DNA from: Clostridiaceae bacterium
GTDB lineage: Bacteria > Bacillota > Clostridia > DSM-8532
Length of the DNA: 49,590 bases
Direction: 5' to 3'
Assembly (NCBI GenBank): GCA_012727625.1
Contig: JAAYGP010000274.1
Span: 1-49,590 of the forward strand
The position numbers and the translations under genes are program-made. Shown here piece after piece: positions 20,330 to 30,161 of this stretch; position 1 is the stretch's first letter; each line of letters starts with the position of its first letter. A model generated the notes under the pieces. That model saw only the letters and a program-made list of their open reading frames with translations. It was not told the origin of the DNA and searched no databases.

Positions 20330-21460
20330 ATGGCCATACAAGTTTTAAAGCCAAAGTTCCATATAGATGAGTGTCTTGATGCAGTGAAAGTGTGTCTGGA
20401 AATGGGTTGGACAGGAATGGGATTCAAGACAGTAGAGTTTGAAGAAGAATGGAAGAAATATACAGGCCATCCTAACGCCCATTTCATTAATTCCAATACC
20501 GCAGGTCTGCACCTTGCAGTAAAAATTTTAAAAATGGCGAATGGCTGGAGTGATGGCGATGAAATCATTTCGTCCCCTATAACCTTTGTTTCAACAAACC
20601 ATGCCATCTTTTATGAAAATATGCATGTTACATTTGCCGATGTTGACGAATACCTCTGTATTGACCCTGATGATGTTGAAAAAAAAATCAACGGTAAAAC
20701 TCGTGCGGTAATTTTTGTCGGATACGGTGGACGTGTCGGCAGGCTTGACAAAATAATTGAAATCTGCAGAAAGAATAATCTTAAACTTATTCTTGATGCA
20801 GCCCACATGTCCGGCACCCGTGTAAATGGAGTTTGTCCAGGTACATGGGATGGAGTTGATGTTGCCGTATATTCATTTCAGGCAGTAAAGAACCTTCCTA
20901 CCGGCGATAGTGGCATGATCTGCTTCAAAGAAGAGCGTTTTGATAAATTGGCACGTCAAATTGCCTGGCTTGGTATTAACAAAGATACATACGCCCGCTC
21001 AAACAAAGGCACATATTCTTGGAAATATGATGTTGATTATATTGGATATAAGTATAATGGTAACGCCATTATGGCAGCGATTGCCCTAGTTCAGTTAAAG
21101 TATCTGGATGAAGAGAATGCAAGAAGACGTCAGATTGTTGAAAGGTACAATAGGGGTTTTAAAGATAATAAAAATATACAAATAATTCCTGCGAATTATG
21201 CTGATGAATGTTCTTTTCATCTGTATGAACTGGTTGTTCCTGACAGGGAAGCATTGTTGGATTACCTGTCACAGAGAGGAATCAACTGCGGTGTGCACTA
21301 TCGTGATAATACGGAGTATAGTATGTATCACTATGCCAAGGGTACTTGCCCGCATGCTCATGTAATAAGTCAGCACCTCATTAGTATGCCACTTCATATG
21401 TGGCTGACCGATGATGAAGTGTATAGTATTATTGATGCTGTAAATGGGTTTTTAAAATGA
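20330..21460 (+). CDS. DegT/DnrJ/EryC1/StrS nucleotide-sugar aminotransferase
   Basis: NSNTAGLHLA, GDEII..PITF, LDAAH, SFQAVKNLPTGDSG (PLP lysine), GVHY. Confidence 0.9.
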   Translation: MAIQVLKPKFHIDECLDAVKVCLEMGWTGMGFKTVEFEEEWKKYTGHPNAHFINSNTAGLHLAVKILKMANGWSDGDEIISSPITFVSTNHAIFYENMHVTFADVDEYLCIDPDDVEKKINGKTRAVIFVGYGGRVGRLDKIIEICRKNNLKLILDAAHMSGTRVNGVCPGTWDGVDVAVYSFQAVKNLPTGDSGMICFKEERFDKLARQIAWLGINKDTYARSNKGTYSWKYDVDYIGYKYNGNAIMAAIALVQLKYLDEENARRRQIVERYNRGFKDNKNIQIIPANYADECSFHLYELVVPDREALLDYLSQRGINCGVHYRDNTEYSMYHYAKGTCPHAHVISQHLISMPLHMWLTDDEVYSIIDAVNGFLK

Positions 21461-21981
21461 GTAAAGTAGTTTTAAGAAAAATCAATGAGTTAGATACAGC
21501 AAACATTGTACGGTGGAGAAATTCAGAATCAGTAAAGATGAATCTTTTTACTCAATCTGAACTAAGTGCAGAGCAACATTTGGATTGGCTGAAGAATAAG
21601 GTTGAATCCGGACTCTGTGATCAATATATTATTGTTATTTCGGAAGATAACACATGCACTGATGTTGGCACCGTGATCATCAAGAATATTGATAGGAAAA
21701 ATAAAAAAGGCGAATTTGGCATTTTTATCGGTGAAGAGTCTTATAGGGGAAAAGGCTATGCCCAAGAAGCAACTAAACAGATTCTTGAAATAGGATTTTC
21801 AGAGTTAAATTTAAACCGTATATATCTCTATGTAATGTCTGATAACATAGCTGGAATAAAGGCATACAAAAAAGCCGGGTTTGAAATAGAAGGAATTCTT
21901 AAGGAAGATTATCTTCGGGGAGATAAGTTTATAGATATAGTAGTAATGGGTATAACAAAGGGAAAATGGAAACTGAGATAA
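21457..21981 (+). CDS. GNAT N-acyltransferase (PseH/RimL-like)
   Basis: WRNSESV, EFGIFIG..YRGKGYA, N..GIKAYKKAGF.IEG; ATGA overlap with the DegT gene. Confidence 0.85.
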   Translation: MSKVVLRKINELDTANIVRWRNSESVKMNLFTQSELSAEQHLDWLKNKVESGLCDQYIIVISEDNTCTDVGTVIIKNIDRKNKKGEFGIFIGEESYRGKGYAQEATKQILEIGFSELNLNRIYLYVMSDNIAGIKAYKKAGFEIEGILKEDYLRGDKFIDIVVMGITKGKWKLR

Positions 21982-22017
21982 TAGCCAATACTATTATTAT
22001 ATGAGGAGTTGACGATA

Positions 22018-22596
22018 ATGTCTCAAATAGAAGTAATAAAGAATCCTAATGGCATAGAAGGTTTAGCAGTTATAAAACCGACAGTGCATAGAGATTCACG
22101 TGGTTATTTTGTAGAAACATATAATCAAAAAGAAATGGAAGAGGCTGGCCTTTTCCTGACATTTGTTCAGGATAACCAGAGTAAATCTTATAAGGGTGTT
22201 CTTCGAGGTTTGCATTTTCAGAAAAATTATCCGCAAGGCAAGCTGGTGCGTGTAATTCAGGGAGCTGTTTATGATGTAGCAGTTGATTTACGCAAAAACA
22301 GTCCCACCTATGGCTCTTATTATGGTATTATTCTTACAGATACCAATTTTCTTCAGTTTTTCATACCAAAGGGCTTTGCACATGGATTTTTAGTTCTCTC
22401 CGATGAGGCTGTGTTTGCATATAAATGCACAGATTATTACCACCCAAACGATGAAGGTGGACTTGCATGGGATGATCCTGATATTGGAATTAAATGGCCG
22501 TTGGATGGAATAGAAAAAGTAAAGCTGAGTGAGAAAGATAAGGCTAATCCGATCCTTAAAAAGATCGAAACGAGTGGCTTTAAGTTTATGTTTTGA
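22018..22596 (+). CDS. rfbC: dTDP-4-dehydrorhamnose 3,5-epimerase (RmlC)
   Basis: DSRGYF.E, QDNQSKS.KGVLRGLHFQ, QGKLV, DVAVDLR, GFAHGF, YKC, LSEKD; ATG 22018 after GAGGAG. Confidence 0.95.
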   Translation: MSQIEVIKNPNGIEGLAVIKPTVHRDSRGYFVETYNQKEMEEAGLFLTFVQDNQSKSYKGVLRGLHFQKNYPQGKLVRVIQGAVYDVAVDLRKNSPTYGSYYGIILTDTNFLQFFIPKGFAHGFLVLSDEAVFAYKCTDYYHPNDEGGLAWDDPDIGIKWPLDGIEKVKLSEKDKANPILKKIETSGFKFMF

Positions 22597-22775
22597 TTTA
22601 TCCCATAAATCACCAGTCACTTTGGAGATTTATAATACATTGTAATCTTAATCAATTGCATATAAGTTTATAACTTTCATATTGGTGGTTAGTCTAGAGA
22701 AGTTTTTAGTTTTATGATGGCAAATGTAATTAATTATAATCAATAAAATGATTTATATGGAGGAGAGTAATTAAA

Positions 22776-24149
22776 ATGAGTTTTGACGATCTTTATAATG
22801 GAATCGTAAACAGAAAAGAAAAAATCAGTTTGATAGGACTTGGCTACGTGGGATTACCTATAGCTGTATCATTTTCAAAAAGAGCAGATGTTATAGGTTT
22901 TGACATAAGCAAAGAAAAGATTAATTTATATAAAAATGGTATAGACCCTACGAAAGAAGTAGGAAATGAGGCCATAGCTGCTTGTATGGTGGATTTTACT
23001 TCTGACGAAACAAGACTAAGAGAAGCAAAGTTTCACATAGTAGCTGTTCCAACTCCAGTAAATGCGGATCATACACCTGACTTATCTCCAGTTACCGGAG
23101 CAAGCACCATTTTAGGGCGCAATCTTTGCAGAGGTTCAATTGTTGTTTATGAATCAACAGTATACCCCGGAGTAACAGAGGATATATGTGTTCCCATATT
23201 GGAGAAAGAATCTGGATTGAAGTGTGGAGTGGATTTTAAAGTAGGTTACTCTCCGGAAAGAATTAATCCTGGTGATAAAATACATAGACTTGAGACTATC
23301 GTAAAAGTCGTCTCTGGTATGGATGAAGAATCTTTAGATGTTATTGCCAAAGTCTATGAACTTGTGGTAAAAGCCGGTGTGTATAGAGCAGAATCAATAA
23401 TGGTTGCCGAAGCAGCTAAGGTTATCGAGAACTCCCAAAGAGATATTAACATAGCTTTTATGAATGAGCTGTCCATTATTTTCAATAAAATTGGAATTGA
23501 CACTAAGGCTGTATTGAAAGCAGCTAAAACTAAATGGAATTTCCTAGATTTCTCCCCTGGATTGGTTGGCGGTCATTGTATAGGGGTTGACCCATATTAT
23601 CTAACTTACAAAGCTGAGCAGATTGGTTACCATTCTCAGATAATTTTGTCCGGTAGGCGTATAAATGATGATATGGGTAAATATGTAGCAGAAAATACTG
23701 TAAAAAAGATGATTCAGGCAAATAAACCTATTAAAGGAGCACATATAGCTATCCTTGGTATTACTTTTAAAGAAAATTGTCCGGATTGCAGAAATTCCAG
23801 GGTTATTGATATTATAAAAGAGTTAAATGAATATGGAGTAAATATTCAGGTAATAGATCCAGTAGCTGATGTAAGAGAAGTTGAAAGAGAATATGGAATT
23901 AAATTAGGGAAGATTGAGGATATAAAAGGAGTAGACGCAGTAATTTTTGCCGTAGCACACAAAGAATTTGCTGATCTGAAACTTCGTATAATTAAGAATT
24001 GGTATCGGACAGACACCAATCAAACCCATAATGGAGAAGTATCTGTAGCCTCTAAATGTGACAGCTCTAAAACTGTTCTTATCGATGTAAAAGGTATTTT
24101 TGACATAAAAGAAGCAGAAGAATTAAATTATTTATACTGGAGGCTTTAG
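22776..24149 (+). CDS. UDP-N-acetylhexosamine 6-dehydrogenase (TviB/WbpO-like)
   Basis: [66 protein letters not shown]. Confidence 0.9.
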   Translation: MSFDDLYNGIVNRKEKISLIGLGYVGLPIAVSFSKRADVIGFDISKEKINLYKNGIDPTKEVGNEAIAACMVDFTSDETRLREAKFHIVAVPTPVNADHTPDLSPVTGASTILGRNLCRGSIVVYESTVYPGVTEDICVPILEKESGLKCGVDFKVGYSPERINPGDKIHRLETIVKVVSGMDEESLDVIAKVYELVVKAGVYRAESIMVAEAAKVIENSQRDINIAFMNELSIIFNKIGIDTKAVLKAAKTKWNFLDFSPGLVGGHCIGVDPYYLTYKAEQIGYHSQIILSGRRINDDMGKYVAENTVKKMIQANKPIKGAHIAILGITFKENCPDCRNSRVIDIIKELNEYGVNIQVIDPVADVREVEREYGIKLGKIEDIKGVDAVIFAVAHKEFADLKLRIIKNWYRTDTNQTHNGEVSVASKCDSSKTVLIDVKGIFDIKEAEELNYLYWRL

Positions 24150-24150
24150 A

Positions 24151-25125
24151 ATGGGTTATAAACATTTAAAATTTGCTCGGGATAGTATTTTCCTGGTAAC
24201 TGGAGGTGCTGGTTTTATTGGATCTAACCTTTGTGAAGCTATATTGAATATGGGTTTTAAAGTAGTATGTTTAGATAATTTCTCCACCGGAAAAAGAGAA
24301 AACATTGAGGAATTTCTTGATAATAAAAATTTTAGATTAATTGAAGGTGACATACGCAATTTGGAAACCTGTATGATGGCTTGTGACAGGGTAGATTATG
24401 TTCTACATCAAGCGGCTTGGGGATCAGTACCTCGAAGTATAGAGATGCCTTTATTATATGAAGAGATAAATATTAAGGGTACCCTTAATATGATGGAGGC
24501 AGCTAGGCGGCAAAAGGTTAAGAAATTTGTTTATGCCTCTAGTTCATCAGTATACGGAGATCACCCGATATTGCCCAAAAAAGAGGGACAAGAGGGAAAA
24601 CTACTTTCCCCTTATGCACTGACAAAAAGGGTTAATGAAGAGTACGGAAGACTTTATAAAGAGTTATATGGTTTGAATACCTATGGTTTGAGGTATTTTA
24701 ATGTATTTGGCAGGAGACAGAATCCGGATGGAATTTATGCTGCAGTTATTCCCAAGTTTATCAAACAACTTATGAATAACGAAAGACCTACCATTCATGG
24801 AGATGGAAATCAGTCAAGAGATTTTACATATATAGAAAACGTAATAGAAGCTAACATTAAAGCTTGTTTAGCAAAACCAGAGGTAGCAGGACAATCTTTT
24901 AACATAGCTTATGGAGGTGAAGTATTCCTAATTGATATTTATTATTTACTGTGCAAAGTATTAGAAAAAAATATAGAACCAATTTTCGGTGAAGAAAGGC
25001 GTGGAGATATCAAACATAGCCATGCTGATATAAGTAAAGCAAGAGATCTTTTGGGATATGAACCCGAGTGGAGCTTTGAGCAAGGAATTAAGGTTGCGAT
25101 TAGGTGGTATTTGGAAAATATATAA
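24151..25125 (+). CDS. UDP-GlcNAc(A) 4-epimerase (TviC/WbpP-like SDR)
   Basis: TGGAGFIGSN, HQAAWGSVPRS, ASSSSVYGD, SPYALTK, LRYFNVFGRRQ, YAAVIP, GDIKHS.ADISKA. Confidence 0.9.
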   Translation: MGYKHLKFARDSIFLVTGGAGFIGSNLCEAILNMGFKVVCLDNFSTGKRENIEEFLDNKNFRLIEGDIRNLETCMMACDRVDYVLHQAAWGSVPRSIEMPLLYEEINIKGTLNMMEAARRQKVKKFVYASSSSVYGDHPILPKKEGQEGKLLSPYALTKRVNEEYGRLYKELYGLNTYGLRYFNVFGRRQNPDGIYAAVIPKFIKQLMNNERPTIHGDGNQSRDFTYIENVIEANIKACLAKPEVAGQSFNIAYGGEVFLIDIYYLLCKVLEKNIEPIFGEERRGDIKHSHADISKARDLLGYEPEWSFEQGIKVAIRWYLENI

Positions 25126-25248
25126 ATGTGAAACAATCCAAGAACTTATTTACATCCAAAGCGAATAGATATGCATAAAAAACTAAACAATACATATAAG
25201 ATAAGTTTAAATTATAGTTTATACCGAAGGAAAGTTGGGGGAATCAAA

Positions 25249-27900
25249 ATGATAATAAAAAACGGCATCAAACCTGTTACATGTATAATCCTCTGCGCAG
25301 GCAGAGGAACGAGGATGCAATCCAAAGACACCCACAAAGTGTGTTTCCCTATTGGCGGAAAACCGGCTATATTGCATTCCATGGAAAGATATAAGGCTGC
25401 TGGGTTAACCAGGTTTACCGTGGTTGTCGGGACCATGGCAGAACAGGTGATGTCCGTAATCTCCTCAACGTATGACGGTATAAACTACGCTTTCCAGAAA
25501 GAAGCTCTTGGCACAGGCAATGCGGCAAGGATCGGTTTTGAATCCATCGAAGCCTATGATCCTCAGGGAGCAATAATGGTTACCATGGGGGATAAAATAA
25601 TTGAACACCGGGTGATTGAACGCCTTATGTCGGAATTCTATGAAAATGATTTGGATTTGGCTTTTGTCGCAGGGCCCAGGGAGTTTAACCCGGCAGGCGG
25701 ACATGTGGTTATTGATGATGGGAAAGTATGCGGTATTGTGGAAAGCCTGGATATTGAAAAGGCCAAATTATATAATCGCATTTTAAACCAGCTTCAAACC
25801 GGTGCTTATCGTGACATTGATCCGCGGGAAAACATAAAGGAAATTTCAAAAAACATTATATCCTCCGAAAGAAAACGGGAAAAAATAATTAAGCAGCTAG
25901 AAAATATAATGGAGCAAATATGTAACGGCGAAACAGAAAAAGCCATTTTATTGCTTAAGGAAAACGCAGCCATTAAGCTTGGTGGTAGGACTTATGAACC
26001 TGGGTTTCTGGAAAAGGCTCAATATGTAAACTCTGCCATATATATTTTTAAAACCGATGCATTCAAATTTGGTCTTTCAAAAATGACAACCCAAAATGCA
26101 GACAGAGAAGAATATTTAACAGAAGCTATCAACAGCATCTGCAGTTCAAGGGAATATAAAACGTCTGTCATTGTTGTTAAGGAACAAGAAAGCATATTAA
26201 CATATAACAATGTGGTTGAATTACTGCAGGTTGAAGAAATCCTGACAGGCTCAAAAGATCAGTTGAGCTTAAAAAAGAGTGAATATAAGCCGGTTGATGA
26301 ATGGATTGCCCTGTTTAAGGAAATGCCCGATTCTTTGCATAATATCTTAACTGATATATATGGCGACAATCCCGAAAGAATTGAAGAGAGAAGAGCTGAG
26401 TATATAAAGGTTCTGGAGCACTTTCGCAAAAGGTACGGAGCAAATAAAAAAGTGGTAATAACCAGAGCTCCGGGGCGGATTAATTTAATGGGTCGCCATG
26501 TGGAACACAGGGGAGGGAATGTCAATGTTATCTCAATTGACAAAGAGGTAATATGTGTTGCATCGCCTAACCCGGCGCAAGTAAACGTAACAAATGTAAG
26601 CTCCGATTATGAAGAAGGAAAGTTTTCAATTGAAGAATACTTTAAAAATGTCAATTGGGATAACTGGCTTGGTTATTTGGAATCAAGTGAAATATCCAAA
26701 AAGATCCTGGAAAAGCAGGGCGACTGGCTGAACTATGTAAAAGCTCCGATCATAAGGCTTCAGTATCTTTACAAGGACAGAAAGCTTACAGGAATGGATA
26801 TGGCGTTTAACGGCAATATTCCTGTTGCAGCCGGGCTTTCAAGCTCATCAGCCATTGTTGTTGCAACTGCCGAAGCTGCCGTGGCGTTAAATAACCTGGA
26901 TGTTAAACCGCAAAAGTTTGTGGATTTATGCGGGGAAGGCGAATGGTTCGTTGGTTCGAGAGGAGGAGCAGGGGATCATGCCGCAATAAAATTCGGTCAA
27001 AGAGGCTATATAGCAACATTGGGTTTCTTCCCTTTCAGATATAAAGGATCCTTTGAGTTTCCAAAGGGTTACAAACTGTTAATAGCAAATTCATTTGTCA
27101 AAGCCAACAAGACAACAAACGCCAGGGATTTGTTTAATCAGCGTGTTGCGTCTTATGAATTTGGGTTTATGATGTTTAAAGACAAATTTCCGGAATATAA
27201 AGATAAGGTTCGTCATATCAGAGACATTAACCCTGAAAACCTGGGCGTCACCCCCAGCAAAATATATTCAATGCTTCTTGAAATTCCGGAAAAGATTCCA
27301 TCCGATAAAATATCAAGCATTATTTCCCCGGAATATGCCAATGATATAAAAAGGATTATGAAAACCCACAAAGTGCCGAAAGAGTATGAGATTCGTTCCG
27401 TATTAATGTATGGAATAGCAGAATGCAGGAGATCCTTTATATTCGGAAAGCTTATGGAAAAGGGAGACTTAGAGGGTGTTGGCCGCATGATGAAAATTAG
27501 TCATGACGGGGACAGAGTGGCCAGACTGGATGAAAATAATAAAATGCAAAAATATGAATACGATTTGTCAGACGATGTTTTAAAAAGCCTGATTGATGAC
27601 TTAAAAAGCGAAGACGTAAGTCGGGTATATTCCGCACAAATTGAAAACCAGCCCGGAGGATATGCCTGCTCCACACCTGAGATTGACTTCATTGTTGACA
27701 CAGTAAACAGGATTGATGGTGTTTTAGGCGCGCAATTGTCAGGCGCTGGCCTTGGTGGATGTGTCATGATATTAGCCAAAGACGAAGCTGTTGAAAAAAT
27801 AGTATCAACACTTAAGAAATGCTACTATGAACCGGGAGATTTTGATGATGGAATAACAATATCAATCCCGGTAAAAGGCTCAGGACTTATCGGGATATAA
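25249..27900 (+). CDS. Fusion of GlmU-like sugar-1-phosphate nucleotidyltransferase and galactokinase-like GHMP kinase
   Basis: N-terminal ILCAGRGTRMQS..HKV, Q.EALGTG.A, N..REEYLTE; C-terminal RAPGRINLMG, PVAAGLSSSSA, GAQLSGAGLGGC; ATG 25249 after GGGGG (ORF track starts 25171). Confidence 0.85.
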   Translation: MIIKNGIKPVTCIILCAGRGTRMQSKDTHKVCFPIGGKPAILHSMERYKAAGLTRFTVVVGTMAEQVMSVISSTYDGINYAFQKEALGTGNAARIGFESIEAYDPQGAIMVTMGDKIIEHRVIERLMSEFYENDLDLAFVAGPREFNPAGGHVVIDDGKVCGIVESLDIEKAKLYNRILNQLQTGAYRDIDPRENIKEISKNIISSERKREKIIKQLENIMEQICNGETEKAILLLKENAAIKLGGRTYEPGFLEKAQYVNSAIYIFKTDAFKFGLSKMTTQNADREEYLTEAINSICSSREYKTSVIVVKEQESILTYNNVVELLQVEEILTGSKDQLSLKKSEYKPVDEWIALFKEMPDSLHNILTDIYGDNPERIEERRAEYIKVLEHFRKRYGANKKVVITRAPGRINLMGRHVEHRGGNVNVISIDKEVICVASPNPAQVNVTNVSSDYEEGKFSIEEYFKNVNWDNWLGYLESSEISKKILEKQGDWLNYVKAPIIRLQYLYKDRKLTGMDMAFNGNIPVAAGLSSSSAIVVATAEAAVALNNLDVKPQKFVDLCGEGEWFVGSRGGAGDHAAIKFGQRGYIATLGFFPFRYKGSFEFPKGYKLLIANSFVKANKTTNARDLFNQRVASYEFGFMMFKDKFPEYKDKVRHIRDINPENLGVTPSKIYSMLLEIPEKIPSDKISSIISPEYANDIKRIMKTHKVPKEYEIRSVLMYGIAECRRSFIFGKLMEKGDLEGVGRMMKISHDGDRVARLDENNKMQKYEYDLSDDVLKSLIDDLKSEDVSRVYSAQIENQPGGYACSTPEIDFIVDTVNRIDGVLGAQLSGAGLGGCVMILAKDEAVEKIVSTLKKCYYEPGDFDDGITISIPVKGSGLIGI

Positions 27901-27979
27901 GACAAAAGACAAGTGATGGCTCCGTCTTGTAGCTTATGATGGTGATTTTAACGTCGCTTTATAATAGTATTGAAAAATA

Positions 27980-28058
27980 GTCGCAAACCGATGTGCAACG
28001 AAAACAAAAAAATCGCTTCAGGATGCAACGATAAATAATGCGGTAAAGCAGGCGTTGC
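27980..28058 (+). repeat. Copy A of a degenerate 79-bp repeat rich in TGCAACGA
   Basis: Gapless alignment to 31714-31792, 59/79 identical by manual count. Confidence 0.6.
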
Positions 28059-28128
28059 ATCAGGGAAGTGCTTATGGTAATGCCCTACCGGGTAAAAAAG
28101 TTGTATGTTCAAAAAGGAGAATTAAAAA

Positions 28129-30030
28129 ATGCTTGTTTCCGACAAAGACATTTTTACCTTTATAAAGCCATCCCTTGATGCCCATACCATGGGTGTTAAT
28201 ACTGCCGCGGAGCTTTTGCGGGACTGCGGTTACAGGGTGGTCAGGGCTGACAGCGATATAGCACAGGCCATGAATAATTTCAGGTATGAGATATGCAGAA
28301 AAACCGTTTTGGATTGGCTGCGCTCCGAAGGCATAAACAGGATCGGCTTAAGTTACAGGCTGGACCGGGATGAAGCTGTCAACATGGTCGGGTATTTTAT
28401 TAACGAGCTTAAGAATAACGGGATGATGCATTACCAGGGCGGTCCGATTAAGGCGGTGTATTTCGGAGGGCTTCCCGAAACCTGTAAGCTTATTGAAAAA
28501 GAACACAAGGGGCTGGTTATAACTTTCAAAGGCGGGGAAACTGCCCGTGAAACACTTCAGAAAATGGGTGTTCCCAAAGAGAGAATATCAAAGGATATTA
28601 CTGAGGGAAGCCTGTATGATGATATGCGCATGGAGTTTGGTAAAAGCATAATTGACTCACAGGATTATGAAAGCTTTATGCCCATTGACAGGTCAGGATA
28701 TAAGGAATTTGGAACAAAGAATGACACTATTGAAAAAAGAATCGAAAACAATCTACAAAGCCCCTTTGCTCCTTTAATCAGAGCCCATGTAGGGCCATAT
28801 TCGTCAACTGTCGACAGGCTTGATTCAGTAAAGGAATTTATATCATGGGCAAAGCACCTGGCCAAGACCGGATATCTTGATATATTATCAATAGGAAGCT
28901 CCCAGCTGACACAGTCAAACTTCGGCGAGGATTGGGAGGATATGCCCAATGGCGGCGGCGTTCCCATAAACTCATCGGAGGAATACAGAAGTGTCTGGTC
29001 ATCTTGCAGGCCACTTCTTGTCAGAACCTATGCCGGAACCAAGAACATACCGATGCTTGCCGAAATTCATGAAAGAACTTTGAATATATGCTGGCACGCG
29101 TTGTCCCTGTGGTGGTTCAACAGGCTTGACGGCAGGGGCCCTTATGATTTGTACACAAATTTAAAACAGCATGTTGAAACACTGAAATATATTGCCACCA
29201 CCGGAAAACCCTTTGAGCCCAATGTTTCACATCATTTTGCGTTCAGGGGAGCGGATGATGTAACATATATTGTTTCTGCATATCTGGCCGCAAAACTGGC
29301 TAAAAAAATGGGAATCAAAACCCTCATACTTCAAAACATGCTTAACACGCCCAGGTCCACATGGGGAATCAATGATCTTGCAAAATCAAGGGCAATGATG
29401 TCTTTAATAAAAGAGCTTGAAGATGCGGGATTTAAGGTTTATCTCCAGCCAAGAGCAGGTCTTGACTACTTTAAGCCCGATCTTAATGAAGCTAAAATAC
29501 AACTGGCGGCTGTAACGGCTTTAATGGATGACATTGACCCCCACAATGAGATGAGCCCGCCGATTATTCATGTGGTAAGCTATTCTGAGGCTGTGCATCT
29601 TGCCACCCCGGATATTATAAACGAAAGTATTAAAATCACCCAATACTCACTTCAAAAATACAGAGAGCTCAGAAAAATCGGAAAAACAGAGGACATGAGC
29701 AAAAACGCGGATGTAAAAAGCCGCATGCATGAGCTTATAGATTCCGCAAGAACAATCATTTCAGGCATTGAAAGACACATCAGCAATCCCTATTCAGCCG
29801 AGGGATTATATAAAATCTTTGTCTCGGGTTTTCTGCCGGTACCATATCTATGGTCGCAGGAGGAAGAATTTAAGTATGCCAAAGCCTTGAAAACCAGAAC
29901 ATACAAAGGCGGCGTAATAATCGCCGGCGAAGACGGAAAGCCTTTAAAACCCCATCAAGTCATAGACTTTGCAGCAAGAAATATAAAGGAAGCGGAGTAT
30001 TACCTTAAGCAGAAGCAAGCAGGCAAATAG
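28129..30030 (+). CDS. Cobalamin-binding domain protein with a large uncharacterised C-terminal domain
   Basis: N-terminal LDAHTMG fits the DxHxxG base-off B12 motif, followed by IGLS and YFGG as in B12 Rossmann domains; AAGGAG RBS; no radical-SAM CxxxCxxC motif. Confidence 0.7.
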   Translation: MLVSDKDIFTFIKPSLDAHTMGVNTAAELLRDCGYRVVRADSDIAQAMNNFRYEICRKTVLDWLRSEGINRIGLSYRLDRDEAVNMVGYFINELKNNGMMHYQGGPIKAVYFGGLPETCKLIEKEHKGLVITFKGGETARETLQKMGVPKERISKDITEGSLYDDMRMEFGKSIIDSQDYESFMPIDRSGYKEFGTKNDTIEKRIENNLQSPFAPLIRAHVGPYSSTVDRLDSVKEFISWAKHLAKTGYLDILSIGSSQLTQSNFGEDWEDMPNGGGVPINSSEEYRSVWSSCRPLLVRTYAGTKNIPMLAEIHERTLNICWHALSLWWFNRLDGRGPYDLYTNLKQHVETLKYIATTGKPFEPNVSHHFAFRGADDVTYIVSAYLAAKLAKKMGIKTLILQNMLNTPRSTWGINDLAKSRAMMSLIKELEDAGFKVYLQPRAGLDYFKPDLNEAKIQLAAVTALMDDIDPHNEMSPPIIHVVSYSEAVHLATPDIINESIKITQYSLQKYRELRKIGKTEDMSKNADVKSRMHELIDSARTIISGIERHISNPYSAEGLYKIFVSGFLPVPYLWSQEEEFKYAKALKTRTYKGGVIIAGEDGKPLKPHQVIDFAARNIKEAEYYLKQKQAGK

Positions 30031-30161
30031 AATCTTCCGGCTATAAGAAAGGGCATATCCATTTTCTGTAGACATAACACATCCATTTTCCTTTAAATAC
30101 AATCAAAACCGCTTTAAAATACATCGGTATAACAGGTGCTGCATATAGAAAACCAGTGTAT

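Noticed and set aside
27901..28128. Cobalamin riboswitch upstream of the B12-binding gene
   Set aside because: Apart from an isolated AGGGAA, the conserved B12-element features were not found; the region is occupied by the TGCAACGA repeat.
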